From a candidate division WOR-3 bacterium (GTDB taxonomy: Bacteria; Hydrothermota; Hydrothermia; B15-G9; WFZT01): 56,160 bases of DNA. The stretch spans positions 1-56,160 of the forward strand of contig JALUEE010000017.1 of assembly GCA_027053075.1 (NCBI GenBank), in the 5' to 3' direction. The notes beneath the pieces were generated by a model. That model did not search any database and was not told the DNA's origin. It was given only the letters and a program-made list of their open reading frames with translations. Below, piece after piece: positions 18,518 through 28,678 of the stretch; within the stretch, counting starts at the first letter, position 1; every line of letters starts with the position of its first letter. The position numbers and the translations under genes were made by a program.

Positions 18518-19295
18518 AGAACTCAGGTCTGCGGTCTTTGAATACATGATTCAGCTCAGTGATCTGCTTATCAAGGGCCTCTGAAGGGTCAAATTCGGCA
18601 ACAATGACTTCCTCATCATCCTCAGAAGCCTTAGAGAGAATCTCTCCACGCGGATTGACTATCTGACTCATACCGGTGAATCTCAGTGAAATGCCCGCTT
18701 TCTCCTCAACCCCTATTCTATTAGCAGTGAAGGAGAACACACTATTTTCAATGGAGCGAACAACCATTCCCTTTTGCCCCAGGCCCGGGAGTACGAGATT
18801 TGATACGTGGAGTAGCACCTGAGCCCCATTTTTTGCAAGGATTCGAGCCGATTCAGGATAAAACCAGTCGTAGCAGATCATCATTCCAAATTTAACTCCC
18901 CTGAATTCAAACACGAAGAAGCCCGTGTCACCGGGCTTGAAAGCATCCTTTTCTTTGTAAAAGAGGTGTGTTTTCCTGTATGTAAAATTTTTTCCATCGG
19001 GCAAAATGGCAAGGGCAGAGTTATAGACAACATTGCCACTTTTTTCTGCGTATCCGAGCACTATCATCATATCTTTACTGGCAGAAATTTCATAGAGAGG
19101 TGCAAGTTTCTCGTCCTCTGGCTCAAGGGAGAAGGGTTTTACCTCATCCATGGAGAGGAAAAAGTACCCGGATGTGGCAAGCTCCGGTAGAACCACGAAA
19201 TCTGCATCAATCCCCTTTATGGCTTCTGCCATTTTTGCTATGTTCCTTTCCACCTCCCCAAGCTCTGGTTTGAATTGATATATAGCTCCTTTCAT
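18498..19295 (-). CDS. Carbon-nitrogen hydrolase (nitrilase superfamily)
   Basis: LPELATSGY, YRKTHLF, MICYDW, RRPEFY (Glu-Lys-Cys triad region); GAGGTG RBS before ATG 19295. Confidence 0.93.
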   Translation of the reverse strand: MKGAIYQFKPELGEVERNIAKMAEAIKGIDADFVVLPELATSGYFFLSMDEVKPFSLEPEDEKLAPLYEISASKDMMIVLGYAEKSGNVVYNSALAILPDGKNFTYRKTHLFYKEKDAFKPGDTGFFVFEFRGVKFGMMICYDWFYPESARILAKNGAQVLLHVSNLVLPGLGQKGMVVRSIENSVFSFTANRIGVEEKAGISLRFTGMSQIVNPRGEILSKASEDDEEVIVAEFDPSEALDKQITELNHVFKDRRPEFYADLCD

Positions 19296-19365
19296 GGCAT
19301 ACACCTCTCAGAAATGTATTGACATGAAAATTGTAAGGGTTTGGGGACGAATTTTTGTATTGGTA

Positions 19366-19640
19366 GAGCCTGTTCGAAAATGACCCTTTTTATTCTTTTG
19401 GCGAAGTGAATAAAGTGTGGATAAAGGTAGGGTTAAAAACTAAAGAAATTCAGGATTTTCCGACGGTAACAAAACTCCCTCCCTTCCTTTGGAAGGGAGG
19501 GTTGGGGTGGAATGGAAAAAATTATTGAGCAAAAGTATTCAACATGTTTAGGAATATCGGCCCCTTTTCTATTCTAAAGAGTGTTATTCTTGCCCCATTC
19601 TTCCCTGACCCCTCCTTCCCCGGGGAAGGAGGGGAAATTT
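19366..19640. repeat. Intergenic palindromic element cluster
   Basis: GAGCCTGTTCGAAAA at 19366; family-1 copies at 19472-19515 (-) and 19593-19640 (+). Confidence 0.8.
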
Positions 19641-19795
19641 TCAACTTTCTGTTAAAGGTTTCAATTTCTTCTTGCAGGGCATTGAGCAAAGAACTCCTTC
19701 CTAACTGCTGAAAAAAGAAAAACCAAGTAATGTAACTAAAGAAAAATTGCTTTTCCACTTCCTGATAACAGTTGTATAAAAAATTCCGCTTAGTC

Positions 19796-20070
19796 CTATA
19801 ATCCCTCCTTTACCTCTGAAATCAGCACTTTAAAGCTTTTATACCATTTGTGCGATTTTGATTGTGCTTCTCTGTGCACGGGATTTTTGAGCCACTTCTC
19901 GATATCTTCCCTGCTGTCCCACAGGGAAACTGTGATTTCGGTTGGCCATCACTGACATAGTATATGTCTCTGCAGCCCTGCTTTTTGCCAAGCTCCCTCA
20001 ATTTTTCCACGTACTCCCGGTATTCATCGTCAATTTCTTTAATTTCTGCTATAAAGATGACTGCATACAT
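19796..20070 (-). pseudogene. Antibiotic biosynthesis monooxygenase (ABM) family gene, frameshifted
   Basis: MYAVIFIAEI..EYVEKLREL in one frame continues as EITVSLWDSREDIEKWLKNPVHREAQ..KWYKSFKV after a shift near 19940; 275 bp, not a multiple of 3. Confidence 0.75.
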
Positions 20071-20972
20071 CAGCTCATTGCAATGGCAAAGGAAATGGAA
20101 GCCAATTTCATCTGAGGGGTGTCGGAGCGGCTTAAAAGTACCACAGGGACCTTTGCCCCGACCACAACTCCCCCCACGAGGGCATCGGCAAAGTATATCA
20201 TTGTTTTGGACATAATATTTCCTGTGGCAACGTCCGGGACAAGCATGATATCCGCATCTCCAATGACCTCTCCTGTAACACCCTTGATTTCACCGGATTC
20301 CTTTGAAACAGCAAGGTCAAAGCCCAGGGGACCGTCCACAGCCACATTCCCGAAATATCTTCTATCTGCAAGCTTCGAAATTGCCGCTGCATCGAGGGTT
20401 TCTGGCATATCAGGATGTATCGTCTCAATTGAGGCAAGAATTGCCACTTTTGGTCGATCATAGCCAAGTTTTCTCGTAACTTCCAGGCAGTTCTCCAGAA
20501 TCTTGATCTTCATCTCAAGGTCAGGCCGTATATTCATCCCGGCATCGGTTAGGAAGATGAGCTTGTGGTATTTACCCGGCACCTCATGAAGAGCAATGTG
20601 AGAAAGAATACGGCCGGTTCTGAGTCCCTTCTCTTTATGCAGAATGATTCTCAGGAAATCCGGTGTGCCGATTTTACCTTTGAGAATCAGGTCAGCCTTT
20701 CCCTCTCTCACGAGCTCCACGGCCTTAAATGTAGCCTCATATTCGTCTTTTGCCTCAAGGATGTCAAAATCCTTCTCGCTGAAATTGGTCTGCTCAATTA
20801 GCTCCTTGATCTTTTTTGTATCCCCGATCAGAATGGGCCTTATGAGCCCTTCCTTCATTGCGAGCTCAAGTCCCTGGATCATGGGGAGTGCGTGGGGAGC
20901 ACCAACGGCAAGTCTTTTGGTTCCCTTTTCCTTTGCAATTTCAATTACGTCTTTAAAAGATTTTAGCATCAT
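20070..20972 (-). CDS. ptb: Phosphate butyryltransferase / phosphate acyltransferase
   Basis: ADLILKG, LTDAGMNI.PD, PKVAIL, VDGPLGFDLAVS, VPDVATGN, VVLLSRSD. Confidence 0.88.
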   Translation of the reverse strand: MMLKSFKDVIEIAKEKGTKRLAVGAPHALPMIQGLELAMKEGLIRPILIGDTKKIKELIEQTNFSEKDFDILEAKDEYEATFKAVELVREGKADLILKGKIGTPDFLRIILHKEKGLRTGRILSHIALHEVPGKYHKLIFLTDAGMNIRPDLEMKIKILENCLEVTRKLGYDRPKVAILASIETIHPDMPETLDAAAISKLADRRYFGNVAVDGPLGFDLAVSKESGEIKGVTGEVIGDADIMLVPDVATGNIMSKTMIYFADALVGGVVVGAKVPVVLLSRSDTPQMKLASISFAIAMS

Positions 20973-21529
20973 TCACCTCCTGATAGTCCAATTTGGCGTG
21001 CCCTCAACCTTTTAAGGTCCTCCCTGTACTCTTCGCGGACACGGTTAAAAAATTCGAGGGCAGTTTTTTCTCTGTAATCAGGGTATGTCCATTGAAGTGG
21101 CTCAAATCCCTGCTTTTTGTGATAAATGAGCGTAACTTCAGCGTATATGCCATCCCTTAAATAAATTCTGTGGGAATAGTTTTTCGTGGTAGCAAGAACA
21201 AGCTTTGACTCGGTAATATATCCGGGGTCAATATTAACCTTGCGCTTGCCTTCTATTATCCATTTCCTTTCAATTTCATTGGTATGGAGTTTTATTTCGA
21301 CGATTTCGTCCTGCTCAATGAGCTTATCGAATGCGACCCATACTCGTACGAGTCCTTTACCCATCTCGGGCTCGTAATAGTTAGTTTTATTAAATGGGAT
21401 CACTTCGCTTTTTAATGTGATGGGACCAAAGGCTTTCTCCAATTCTGCAAGTACATCATTCAAAAAATCTGGTACGGCAATAAGTCCAGCAATCAATTTG
21501 GCGGGTTCAGGTTTTTTAGGGATGCCCAT
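20969..21529 (-). CDS. DUF4416 family protein
   Basis: YYEPEMG, IKLHTNEIE, RKVNIDPGY, LATTKNYSHRIYL, WTYPDY. Confidence 0.85.
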   Translation of the reverse strand: MGIPKKPEPAKLIAGLIAVPDFLNDVLAELEKAFGPITLKSEVIPFNKTNYYEPEMGKGLVRVWVAFDKLIEQDEIVEIKLHTNEIERKWIIEGKRKVNIDPGYITESKLVLATTKNYSHRIYLRDGIYAEVTLIYHKKQGFEPLQWTYPDYREKTALEFFNRVREEYREDLKRLRARQIGLSGGE

Positions 21530-21639
21530 ATTTCTTATGATATTCCAGAGAAGATGATAATTGCAAGCTGATTTCGGGCTTATAAGCCAAAGTTTAAGAC
21601 TGCAACCAGGACGTGTGCAAACTACAGTTTTCTAAATTT

Positions 21640-21754
21640 CCCATTCCACCCCAACCCACAACTGGAAGATGAAAAGAGATAACTTATTGAGAAAAATTTG
21701 AGATGTGGCCCCTCTCCTTGATCCTCTCCCCGCAAAAAATTATGCGGGGGAGGA
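21640..21754. repeat. Degenerate family-1 element plus family-3 hairpin
   Basis: CCCATTCCACCCCAACCC at 21640; TCCTCTCCCCGCA..TGCGGGGGAGGA at 21722-21754. Confidence 0.65.
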
Positions 21755-21882
21755 GATATTTTCGAGGAATCTATGTTTAAATTGAAAAAGATATAAAATC
21801 CTATACTCCCACAAAAATCCAGCGGGCAACTTTGTATAATCTGATGTATAATTTCAAAAACTTTCCCGGAGGTCATTGGATT

Positions 21883-23940
21883 ATGAGGAAGTTCCTTATC
21901 GTAACTCTACTTGTTTTCTCTCAACTAACAGCACACAAGGTGGAGCTATTTGATGGTAGAGTTATCAAAACTCATAAGCTTGAGCTGAAGAATGGATTTT
22001 ACATCCTTGATGACACGGTAGTGAGCAAGTTGGATGTGAAAAAGGTCATCTTTTCAGGTGGTCCGAGCGCTTACCTGCCAGTTCGATACAAGCTGGAAAA
22101 TGTAGACAGTGTCCTTGCAAAGGCCAAAAGAGCGCGGGAACTCTATCCAGATGCCAGCGGAATTGTTCTACTTGATCAGGGATTTTACGTTTTGGAGATG
22201 GATTCAACTCGGTACAACCGATATCACTTCCAGGGCCTGATTCTCAAGGATGAGGCACGGAGCTGGGCAAATGTCAGGATTTATGTCGATGAAGATATGA
22301 TGAAAGCGCGGGTGCTCGCTGCAAGGTGCATTAAGCCAGATGGCAGGGTGATCTACCTCAATCCCAAAGACGTCAAGATCACCAAACCTAAATCCGGACT
22401 GGTTTTCTTCGGTAAGGGGAAGGTGATGAGCTTTACCATCCCTGGTGTCGAAGTCGGGGATATCGTTGAATACGTCTATGAATACAACATTTTCAATCCC
22501 TGGGATAAACATGTATTTTCTGAAAGATGGTTCTTTGGTGGAGACAAGCCCGTCTATCACTCAGAAGTTACATTCAAACTGCCAAAAACTGAATTTTTCA
22601 AATACTTGATCAGAAATACAGACCCCAAAAATGTTAAATATGAGAAATCATCTGTTGGACCCTTCAATCTGTACAAATTCTCCATGGACCAGGTTGACCC
22701 CTACCTCACTGAGCCACAGATGCCACCAGTTTCTGATGTGATTCCGGAGATTGCTATAACCAACCAGAAATCCTGGGACTATCTCTACACGTGGTATGCG
22801 AAATTCCAGAAAAAGAGAATGGTTATCACCCCGGAAATTCAGAGCCTCGCGGATAGCATCGTTAAAGGAGCCACAAGTCTTGATGATTCTATTGCAAGAA
22901 TCTACTACTGGGTCCAGCAGAACATTCGCTATATCTCCATCAAAGGAGGTGCATCCTCCGGAGTGTCCGGTCATCCGGCCACAGAAACCCTTCACAAGGG
23001 CTATGGAGACTGTACGGACAAATCCATTCTGTTTTCCACATTGCTCCGGGCAATTGGTGTGATGGGGTACCCGGTTTATATTGAGACAAACGACGAGGGC
23101 ACATTTTTGAAAGATATACCATCGTTTCAGGGAAACCACGCAATTACTGAGATTATCACGAGGGATGGAAGAGATTTCTTCTTAGATGCAACAGGTTCAA
23201 CCAGCCGATACCCCTATTTCTGGTCAGCAGACCATGGTGTCTGGGCACTCAACGCACAACTTCGAAAGATTTCATTTATCAAGGTCCCACCACCGGAAGA
23301 CAACTGGAGGCAGTACACGTATAAATTAACCATAAAACCCGATGGAACCACGCGGGTTGAATTTACAGGCAGGTACACAGGAGATATTGAGGCCGGGATT
23401 CGCTGGTACTGGCAGCATGTTAAAGAAAGCGAGAGAAAGAACCGCATGGAGCAGATGATTCAGGCAACTGCACCGGGTGCAAGGCTCGTTTCATACGAAC
23501 TCGGGCCGCTTTACGACCTCTCAAAGCAGTTCTACCTCAAAATCACATTCGACATTCCGGGATACCTGAAGAGCATCGGTGACCTGAGACTTCTTGAGCT
23601 CCCTGATGTTAAAAATCGCTACAGATTCCCTGAAATCTCGGTTAAAAATCGGCACTATGACATTGTTTATAGAACCTCTTACAAAGTTTCACACGACTTT
23701 TACGTCAAATTCCAGGGCATGAAATTAAACTACCTTCCGGATTCGATTAGCATCAAGGACAGGCATTTCACCTACGTTTCTTACTTCAAAAAGACAAAGG
23801 GAAACGAATTTGAATACCACGATGTTTTCCGAAGATGGGACAGGATTATTCCAGTGAGTGACTATCAGTCATACAGAGAGCATCTTTTAGAGCTTCTACA
23901 TCATCTTCGTAAACCCGTAATTTTTGAGGGAGGTAAGTAA
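21883..23940 (+). CDS. DUF3857 + transglutaminase-like domain protein (predicted active)
   Basis: Signal peptide; PGVEVGDIVEY; WVQQNIRY; GDCTDKS (Cys), NHAI (His), LDAT (Asp). Confidence 0.87.
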   Translation: MRKFLIVTLLVFSQLTAHKVELFDGRVIKTHKLELKNGFYILDDTVVSKLDVKKVIFSGGPSAYLPVRYKLENVDSVLAKAKRARELYPDASGIVLLDQGFYVLEMDSTRYNRYHFQGLILKDEARSWANVRIYVDEDMMKARVLAARCIKPDGRVIYLNPKDVKITKPKSGLVFFGKGKVMSFTIPGVEVGDIVEYVYEYNIFNPWDKHVFSERWFFGGDKPVYHSEVTFKLPKTEFFKYLIRNTDPKNVKYEKSSVGPFNLYKFSMDQVDPYLTEPQMPPVSDVIPEIAITNQKSWDYLYTWYAKFQKKRMVITPEIQSLADSIVKGATSLDDSIARIYYWVQQNIRYISIKGGASSGVSGHPATETLHKGYGDCTDKSILFSTLLRAIGVMGYPVYIETNDEGTFLKDIPSFQGNHAITEIITRDGRDFFLDATGSTSRYPYFWSADHGVWALNAQLRKISFIKVPPPEDNWRQYTYKLTIKPDGTTRVEFTGRYTGDIEAGIRWYWQHVKESERKNRMEQMIQATAPGARLVSYELGPLYDLSKQFYLKITFDIPGYLKSIGDLRLLELPDVKNRYRFPEISVKNRHYDIVYRTSYKVSHDFYVKFQGMKLNYLPDSISIKDRHFTYVSYFKKTKGNEFEYHDVFRRWDRIIPVSDYQSYREHLLELLHHLRKPVIFEGGK

Positions 23941-23941
23941 A

Positions 23942-25969
23942 ATGAGAAAATTCCTCGCACTTTTAATAGTTTTGCCACTTTTTGGCATGAGTAAGACTCC
24001 CAAAATTCTGACACGAGATATCGTTTATCTCAAAAATGGTGAAGAAATAATGGGCTCCGTGGTCAAGATTACCGGTGATTCACTTCTAATTCTAACAGGC
24101 CACGGGAATATTAAGCTTGCACGTGGGGCAGTCTTGAGCATCGAGTCCTCAAAGAGACGTCCCGGTGATATGTGGGAGAAGGTATCGGACATAAAAGATA
24201 CGCTCCTCTTAAGGGCACTCAAAATCAATGTGGACAGCATTTTCCCCAGCGCAGGGTATGTGAATATCTTTGTCAGAAAAAGCTTCAAATTAAATAACGG
24301 AAACTACGAATACACGGAGAGGAAAATTATAAAAATCCTCAAGGAACGCGGGAAGCGCGCTGCAAACAGATTTTTTAGATACCACCACAGATACGAAAAG
24401 GGGGAAATCGTATTTGCGAGGACTGTCACAAAAGATGGTAGAGTGGTTTCTATTCTTGATAATGCCATCGAAGATGCATCGGTCTTTTCAAACTATCCCG
24501 ATTATGACGACCTGCACCGCATAAAATTTGCCATTCCCGAGGGTGAGCCAGGGAATATCCTGGACTACGAAATAAAAATCACCGGTAAGAGTTCGGGGAA
24601 ACATCCTGCTTTGAGACGCATTCTGATGGGTGACAATGATCCAACTTACGAAGAAATCGTCTCAATAAGTGGCCCAAATCTTATCATCAAGACCGAAAAT
24701 GCCGAAAATCTAAAGGCCGATACCTCGCAGAGTGGAGAAGTGGTATTCACCCTCAGGAATCATCCGGGATATATTCGGGAACCCCATATTCCACCGCTTC
24801 ACTACATTTTGCCTGCGATCACAGTGGCAGAGAGAGCAGGGCTCGACTATTACAGGGCATATCTTGACACTTTGCTTGCCAATTTCGATGCTGAAAGGCT
24901 CATTGACAGTCTTGCTTCAAGGGCTCTAACCCTCGAAGACACAGTTTTTGCCCTCTACAGATTTGTTGCCCAGAGCATAAACCGGGTGCCGGCAGACGGA
25001 AATTCATTCAGCATGTTTCCAAAGGCCCCGGGAAAAGTGATTAAAAACTCAATGGGCAGCGAGGTTGACAAAGCCTTTCTCCTTTATGCCATTCTAAAAA
25101 AGGACGGGCTTTCCCCTGAGCTTATTCTTACCACATCAAAGGACCTGTGGAATACATACCCGGATATTCAGAACATTTCTCAATTCTCGGGCATCATCGT
25201 TAAGCTGGATAGTGTTTATCTCGACCCTGTAAACGACCGTATGCCTCTTGGATACGTGAGACCAGAGTACCAGGGTACAAGAGGGGTCACCCTTGATGGC
25301 ACGTCAGTTGAGATTCCATTCATCCCCTATGAAAGAGAGGGTGAGACCAATTTTATGAATATCACCCTGACCAACACCGGAGACCTGCTCGTTTCCGATA
25401 AGTATCTCTACAGGGGAGAGGATGGGGTGATGGTAAGAAGCCTCAAACAGTACAGAAAAGTGGAGCTTGAGAAACTGCTTGAGCAGAGTGTCAACTGGGC
25501 TCCTGGCACCGTCCTTGACTCCTTTAGTCTATCCGACCTGCAGGACCTTCGAATTCCGCCACGCATTTCGCTCTATTACCACATCCCCGAGTATGCCATT
25601 GTTGCCAATGACCTGATACTCCTCAAGATGCCTGATCTAACCGAATACACTGCCTCGGATGTAGGTGCTACCGAAAGGTTCAACCCACTCTACTTCTCGA
25701 GAAATTACAGGAGAATCAAGGACATCGTAATAAATCTACCACCTGGCTACATGGTGAGGTACATTCCCGAAGGATTTAAGGGCAGGGTCAAATTCATGAG
25801 TTTCAATTCGCTTCTTTTCAAAGATTCTGGAAAGGTGCATTACAGCGACGAAACTATAAGATTTGGTGGTATCTACGAGAAAAGTCTTTACCCGGATTAC
25901 AGAAAAATCGTGGAAGGTATGGCTCGCCTGAGGGACAACTATATTGTGCTGCAGCGGATGAAACGGTAA
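23942..25969 (+). CDS. DUF3857 + transglutaminase-like paralogue (predicted inactive)
   Basis: Signal peptide; same architecture; GSEVDKA lacks Cys; QFSGII lacks His; YLDP retained. Confidence 0.8.
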   Translation: MRKFLALLIVLPLFGMSKTPKILTRDIVYLKNGEEIMGSVVKITGDSLLILTGHGNIKLARGAVLSIESSKRRPGDMWEKVSDIKDTLLLRALKINVDSIFPSAGYVNIFVRKSFKLNNGNYEYTERKIIKILKERGKRAANRFFRYHHRYEKGEIVFARTVTKDGRVVSILDNAIEDASVFSNYPDYDDLHRIKFAIPEGEPGNILDYEIKITGKSSGKHPALRRILMGDNDPTYEEIVSISGPNLIIKTENAENLKADTSQSGEVVFTLRNHPGYIREPHIPPLHYILPAITVAERAGLDYYRAYLDTLLANFDAERLIDSLASRALTLEDTVFALYRFVAQSINRVPADGNSFSMFPKAPGKVIKNSMGSEVDKAFLLYAILKKDGLSPELILTTSKDLWNTYPDIQNISQFSGIIVKLDSVYLDPVNDRMPLGYVRPEYQGTRGVTLDGTSVEIPFIPYEREGETNFMNITLTNTGDLLVSDKYLYRGEDGVMVRSLKQYRKVELEKLLEQSVNWAPGTVLDSFSLSDLQDLRIPPRISLYYHIPEYAIVANDLILLKMPDLTEYTASDVGATERFNPLYFSRNYRRIKDIVINLPPGYMVRYIPEGFKGRVKFMSFNSLLFKDSGKVHYSDETIRFGGIYEKSLYPDYRKIVEGMARLRDNYIVLQRMKR

Positions 25970-25977
25970 ATTAATAC

Positions 25978-28662
25978 ATGATTCGTCGGGAATTTGGAAA
26001 ATATAAGGTCGAATCCTGGATAGGAGGGGGACAGTTTGCAGACGTTTTCCTCGTTCTGGACACCATAACAGAAAAAAGATACGCCCTAAAAGTTTCAAGA
26101 ACCCGTGAAAAGGACATTGAGATGCTCAAGCGCGAGGCCCAGCTCCTCGCGTCATTGGAGCATCCAAACATTGTAAGATTCTATACCGCAGAGCTGATCG
26201 AGGGGAAGCTTGCCATTGTAATGGAATTCGTGGATGGATACTCACTCAGAAAACTTATCGAAGAAGAGGCTCCACTTGATGAAACACGGGCAATTAGCAT
26301 TATTACTGACGTTCTTGAGGCCCTCTCCTATGCCCATTCAAGGGGTGTGCTGCACAGGGATATAAAACCCGAAAACATAATGCTAACCCGGGACGGGGTT
26401 GTGAAGCTCACCGACTTTGGGCTTGCGGTAATGCTTTCAAGCAGCTTGAGTTTTTCCATGGCAGGAACACCGATCTACATGGCACCTGAGGCATGGAGCG
26501 GGAAAATGCGGAAAGAGTCAGACATCTGGTCAGTTGGAACTGTTCTCTACGAATTATTAGCAGGATACCCACCATTTTTTGCAGAGACCATAGAGGAATT
26601 ACGAAACCAGGTTTTTAAGGGCAAACTCAAGAAACCACCAAGAATTTCCCCTGAGCTTTTTGAAATCATTAAAAAGGCTTTAAGAAAAGCACCACAGGAG
26701 CGTTTCAAAACCGCTTCGGACATGAGAAAGGCCCTCGTGGATTACCTAAGACGTGGGGGTGGGGATATTTCGCTTAAATCCATTCAGGTCAGAAGGAAGG
26801 TCTCCCCACTTTTAGAGGGATTGACCGAGGAGCAGAGAGAAGCGGTTTTGACCGGTGATGGCTACTTCCTTTTACTCGGAGGAGCGGGAACAGGTAAAAC
26901 CACCACACTCGTGCATAGAATAGCCTATTTGATCCACGAAAAAGGGGTGCCGGCAGACAGAATCCTTGCCGTGACATTTACAGGTAAGGCAGCAGGAGAG
27001 ATGAAAGAGAGGGTTGAAAAGCTCATCGGTGAGGGAAACACAAAGAATCTCTGGACAGGCACCTTTCATTACTTCGGCAGAAAAATCGTTTCATACGGAA
27101 TCGAGCGCCTTGGCTATCCTGAGGAGTTTCAGCTAATCGGCAGAGAAAACCAGGAAGAGTTATTTGAAAAAGCCACAGGCATCAGGGCCAAGGAAAAGAT
27201 TCGCGCTATCCTGAAGGAAATTTCCCGATATAAGTCAAACCTCGTCTCTGCCGACTATCTCCTTGAGAATGTAAAAAGCCGCTGGAAGAAAGAGGTTGCC
27301 GAGGCTTACGCAAAATACCAGAGAGCTCTGTTTTTTGAAGGGCTACTCGACCTCGATGACCTTATTTTCCTCGCCGTGCGACTTCTGCGGCAGTACGATG
27401 ACATAAAAGAACTATTCAGCGAAAAATTCAAATACCTCCTCGTGGATGAATTTCAGGACATCAATAGAGGCCAGTTTGTAATGCTTCAGATTCTCTCATC
27501 AAGGCATAAAAACCTTTTCGTAACCGGAGACGATGATCAGTCCATCTACGGTTTCAGAGGGGCATCGAGTAAATTTCTCACCCAGTTTAGAAAATTCTAT
27601 CCTGACCACAAAGAAATCAGGCTTACGCAGAACTTCCGCTCGCCTTCAGAGATTATTACAGTGGCAAACACCCTGATTTCCCACAACGAATCAAGGATAG
27701 ACAAACTGATAATCCCCCTTCGTGAGAGCAACGAAGAAGTTGTAAAATTCTACGCAGCCCGAAATGAAACTGACGAGGCTGAATTTGTGGCAGAAAAGAT
27801 CTTAGAGGAGCGGGAGCGTGGAAGGAGCTTTGATGACATAGCGGTTCTCATCCGCCTTAATTCCCTCTCAAGGCCCTTTGAAGAGGTTTTTAGCCGTAAA
27901 AAAATTCCATTTAACGTGCTCGGCTTTGGGGGATTCTACGAGCGAGAGGAGGTAAAGGCTTCCATAGGATTCTTGCGGTTTATCATGGGAACACGCAAGG
28001 CATCTGACCTTCGCCTGATGCTGACCCGATTCCTGAGATGGCATCCAAAAGACGCAAAGGCAGCCACGAAGTATTTTGACAAAACCGGGAAACCCACATT
28101 TTCAAAAAAATTCAGCGATGAGATGAAAAAGGCACTGGAGAATTTCTGGAAGTACCTGAACACATTTGACCCGGAGCAACTCAAGATTCGCTCGCCACAG
28201 GAGTTACTTGAGGAGCTTTACGATGTTACCGGCTACATGCGTTACCTTGAGGAAAAAGATACTCCATCCCGACTGATGGAGAAGGATAATATTGACGAGC
28301 TTTTAGGCATCGCAGGGATGTTTAAAAGAGGGGAGCTCAGGGAATTTCTCTCACATGTATCCATGATGCAGCATCTTGGTGAGGAGTTTCGCTCCCTCGG
28401 TGGTGTCAGAATCATGACCGTCCACCAGGCAAAGGGACTGGAATTTCCTGTTGTGTTTGTGGTTGGTCTTGTCGAGGGTGTTTTTCCATTATTTAAGTCC
28501 GTGGCGGAGAAGGAGAGTCTTGAGGAGGAGCGCCGACTCTGCTACGTTGCCATCACAAGGGCATCGGAAACCCTTTATTTGACATATCCAAAGAAGCGTT
28601 TTAAATATTACCAAGAACCCTCCCGATTCCTTTACGAAATGTACGTCAGGGAGGAAAGGTAG
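25978..28662 (+). CDS. Fusion of Hanks-type Ser/Thr kinase and UvrD/PcrA (SF1A) helicase
   Basis: Kinase: GGGQFADV, ALK, HRDIKPEN, DFG, APE. Helicase: GGAGTGKT, TFTGKAA, DEFQD, GDDDQSIYGFRGA, QNFRS, TVHQAKGLEF, EERRLCYVAITRA. Confidence 0.92.
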   Translation: MIRREFGKYKVESWIGGGQFADVFLVLDTITEKRYALKVSRTREKDIEMLKREAQLLASLEHPNIVRFYTAELIEGKLAIVMEFVDGYSLRKLIEEEAPLDETRAISIITDVLEALSYAHSRGVLHRDIKPENIMLTRDGVVKLTDFGLAVMLSSSLSFSMAGTPIYMAPEAWSGKMRKESDIWSVGTVLYELLAGYPPFFAETIEELRNQVFKGKLKKPPRISPELFEIIKKALRKAPQERFKTASDMRKALVDYLRRGGGDISLKSIQVRRKVSPLLEGLTEEQREAVLTGDGYFLLLGGAGTGKTTTLVHRIAYLIHEKGVPADRILAVTFTGKAAGEMKERVEKLIGEGNTKNLWTGTFHYFGRKIVSYGIERLGYPEEFQLIGRENQEELFEKATGIRAKEKIRAILKEISRYKSNLVSADYLLENVKSRWKKEVAEAYAKYQRALFFEGLLDLDDLIFLAVRLLRQYDDIKELFSEKFKYLLVDEFQDINRGQFVMLQILSSRHKNLFVTGDDDQSIYGFRGASSKFLTQFRKFYPDHKEIRLTQNFRSPSEIITVANTLISHNESRIDKLIIPLRESNEEVVKFYAARNETDEAEFVAEKILEERERGRSFDDIAVLIRLNSLSRPFEEVFSRKKIPFNVLGFGGFYEREEVKASIGFLRFIMGTRKASDLRLMLTRFLRWHPKDAKAATKYFDKTGKPTFSKKFSDEMKKALENFWKYLNTFDPEQLKIRSPQELLEELYDVTGYMRYLEEKDTPSRLMEKDNIDELLGIAGMFKRGELREFLSHVSMMQHLGEEFRSLGGVRIMTVHQAKGLEFPVVFVVGLVEGVFPLFKSVAEKESLEEERRLCYVAITRASETLYLTYPKKRFKYYQEPSRFLYEMYVREER

Positions 28663-28678
28663 CAAAAGGAGGAACGAG

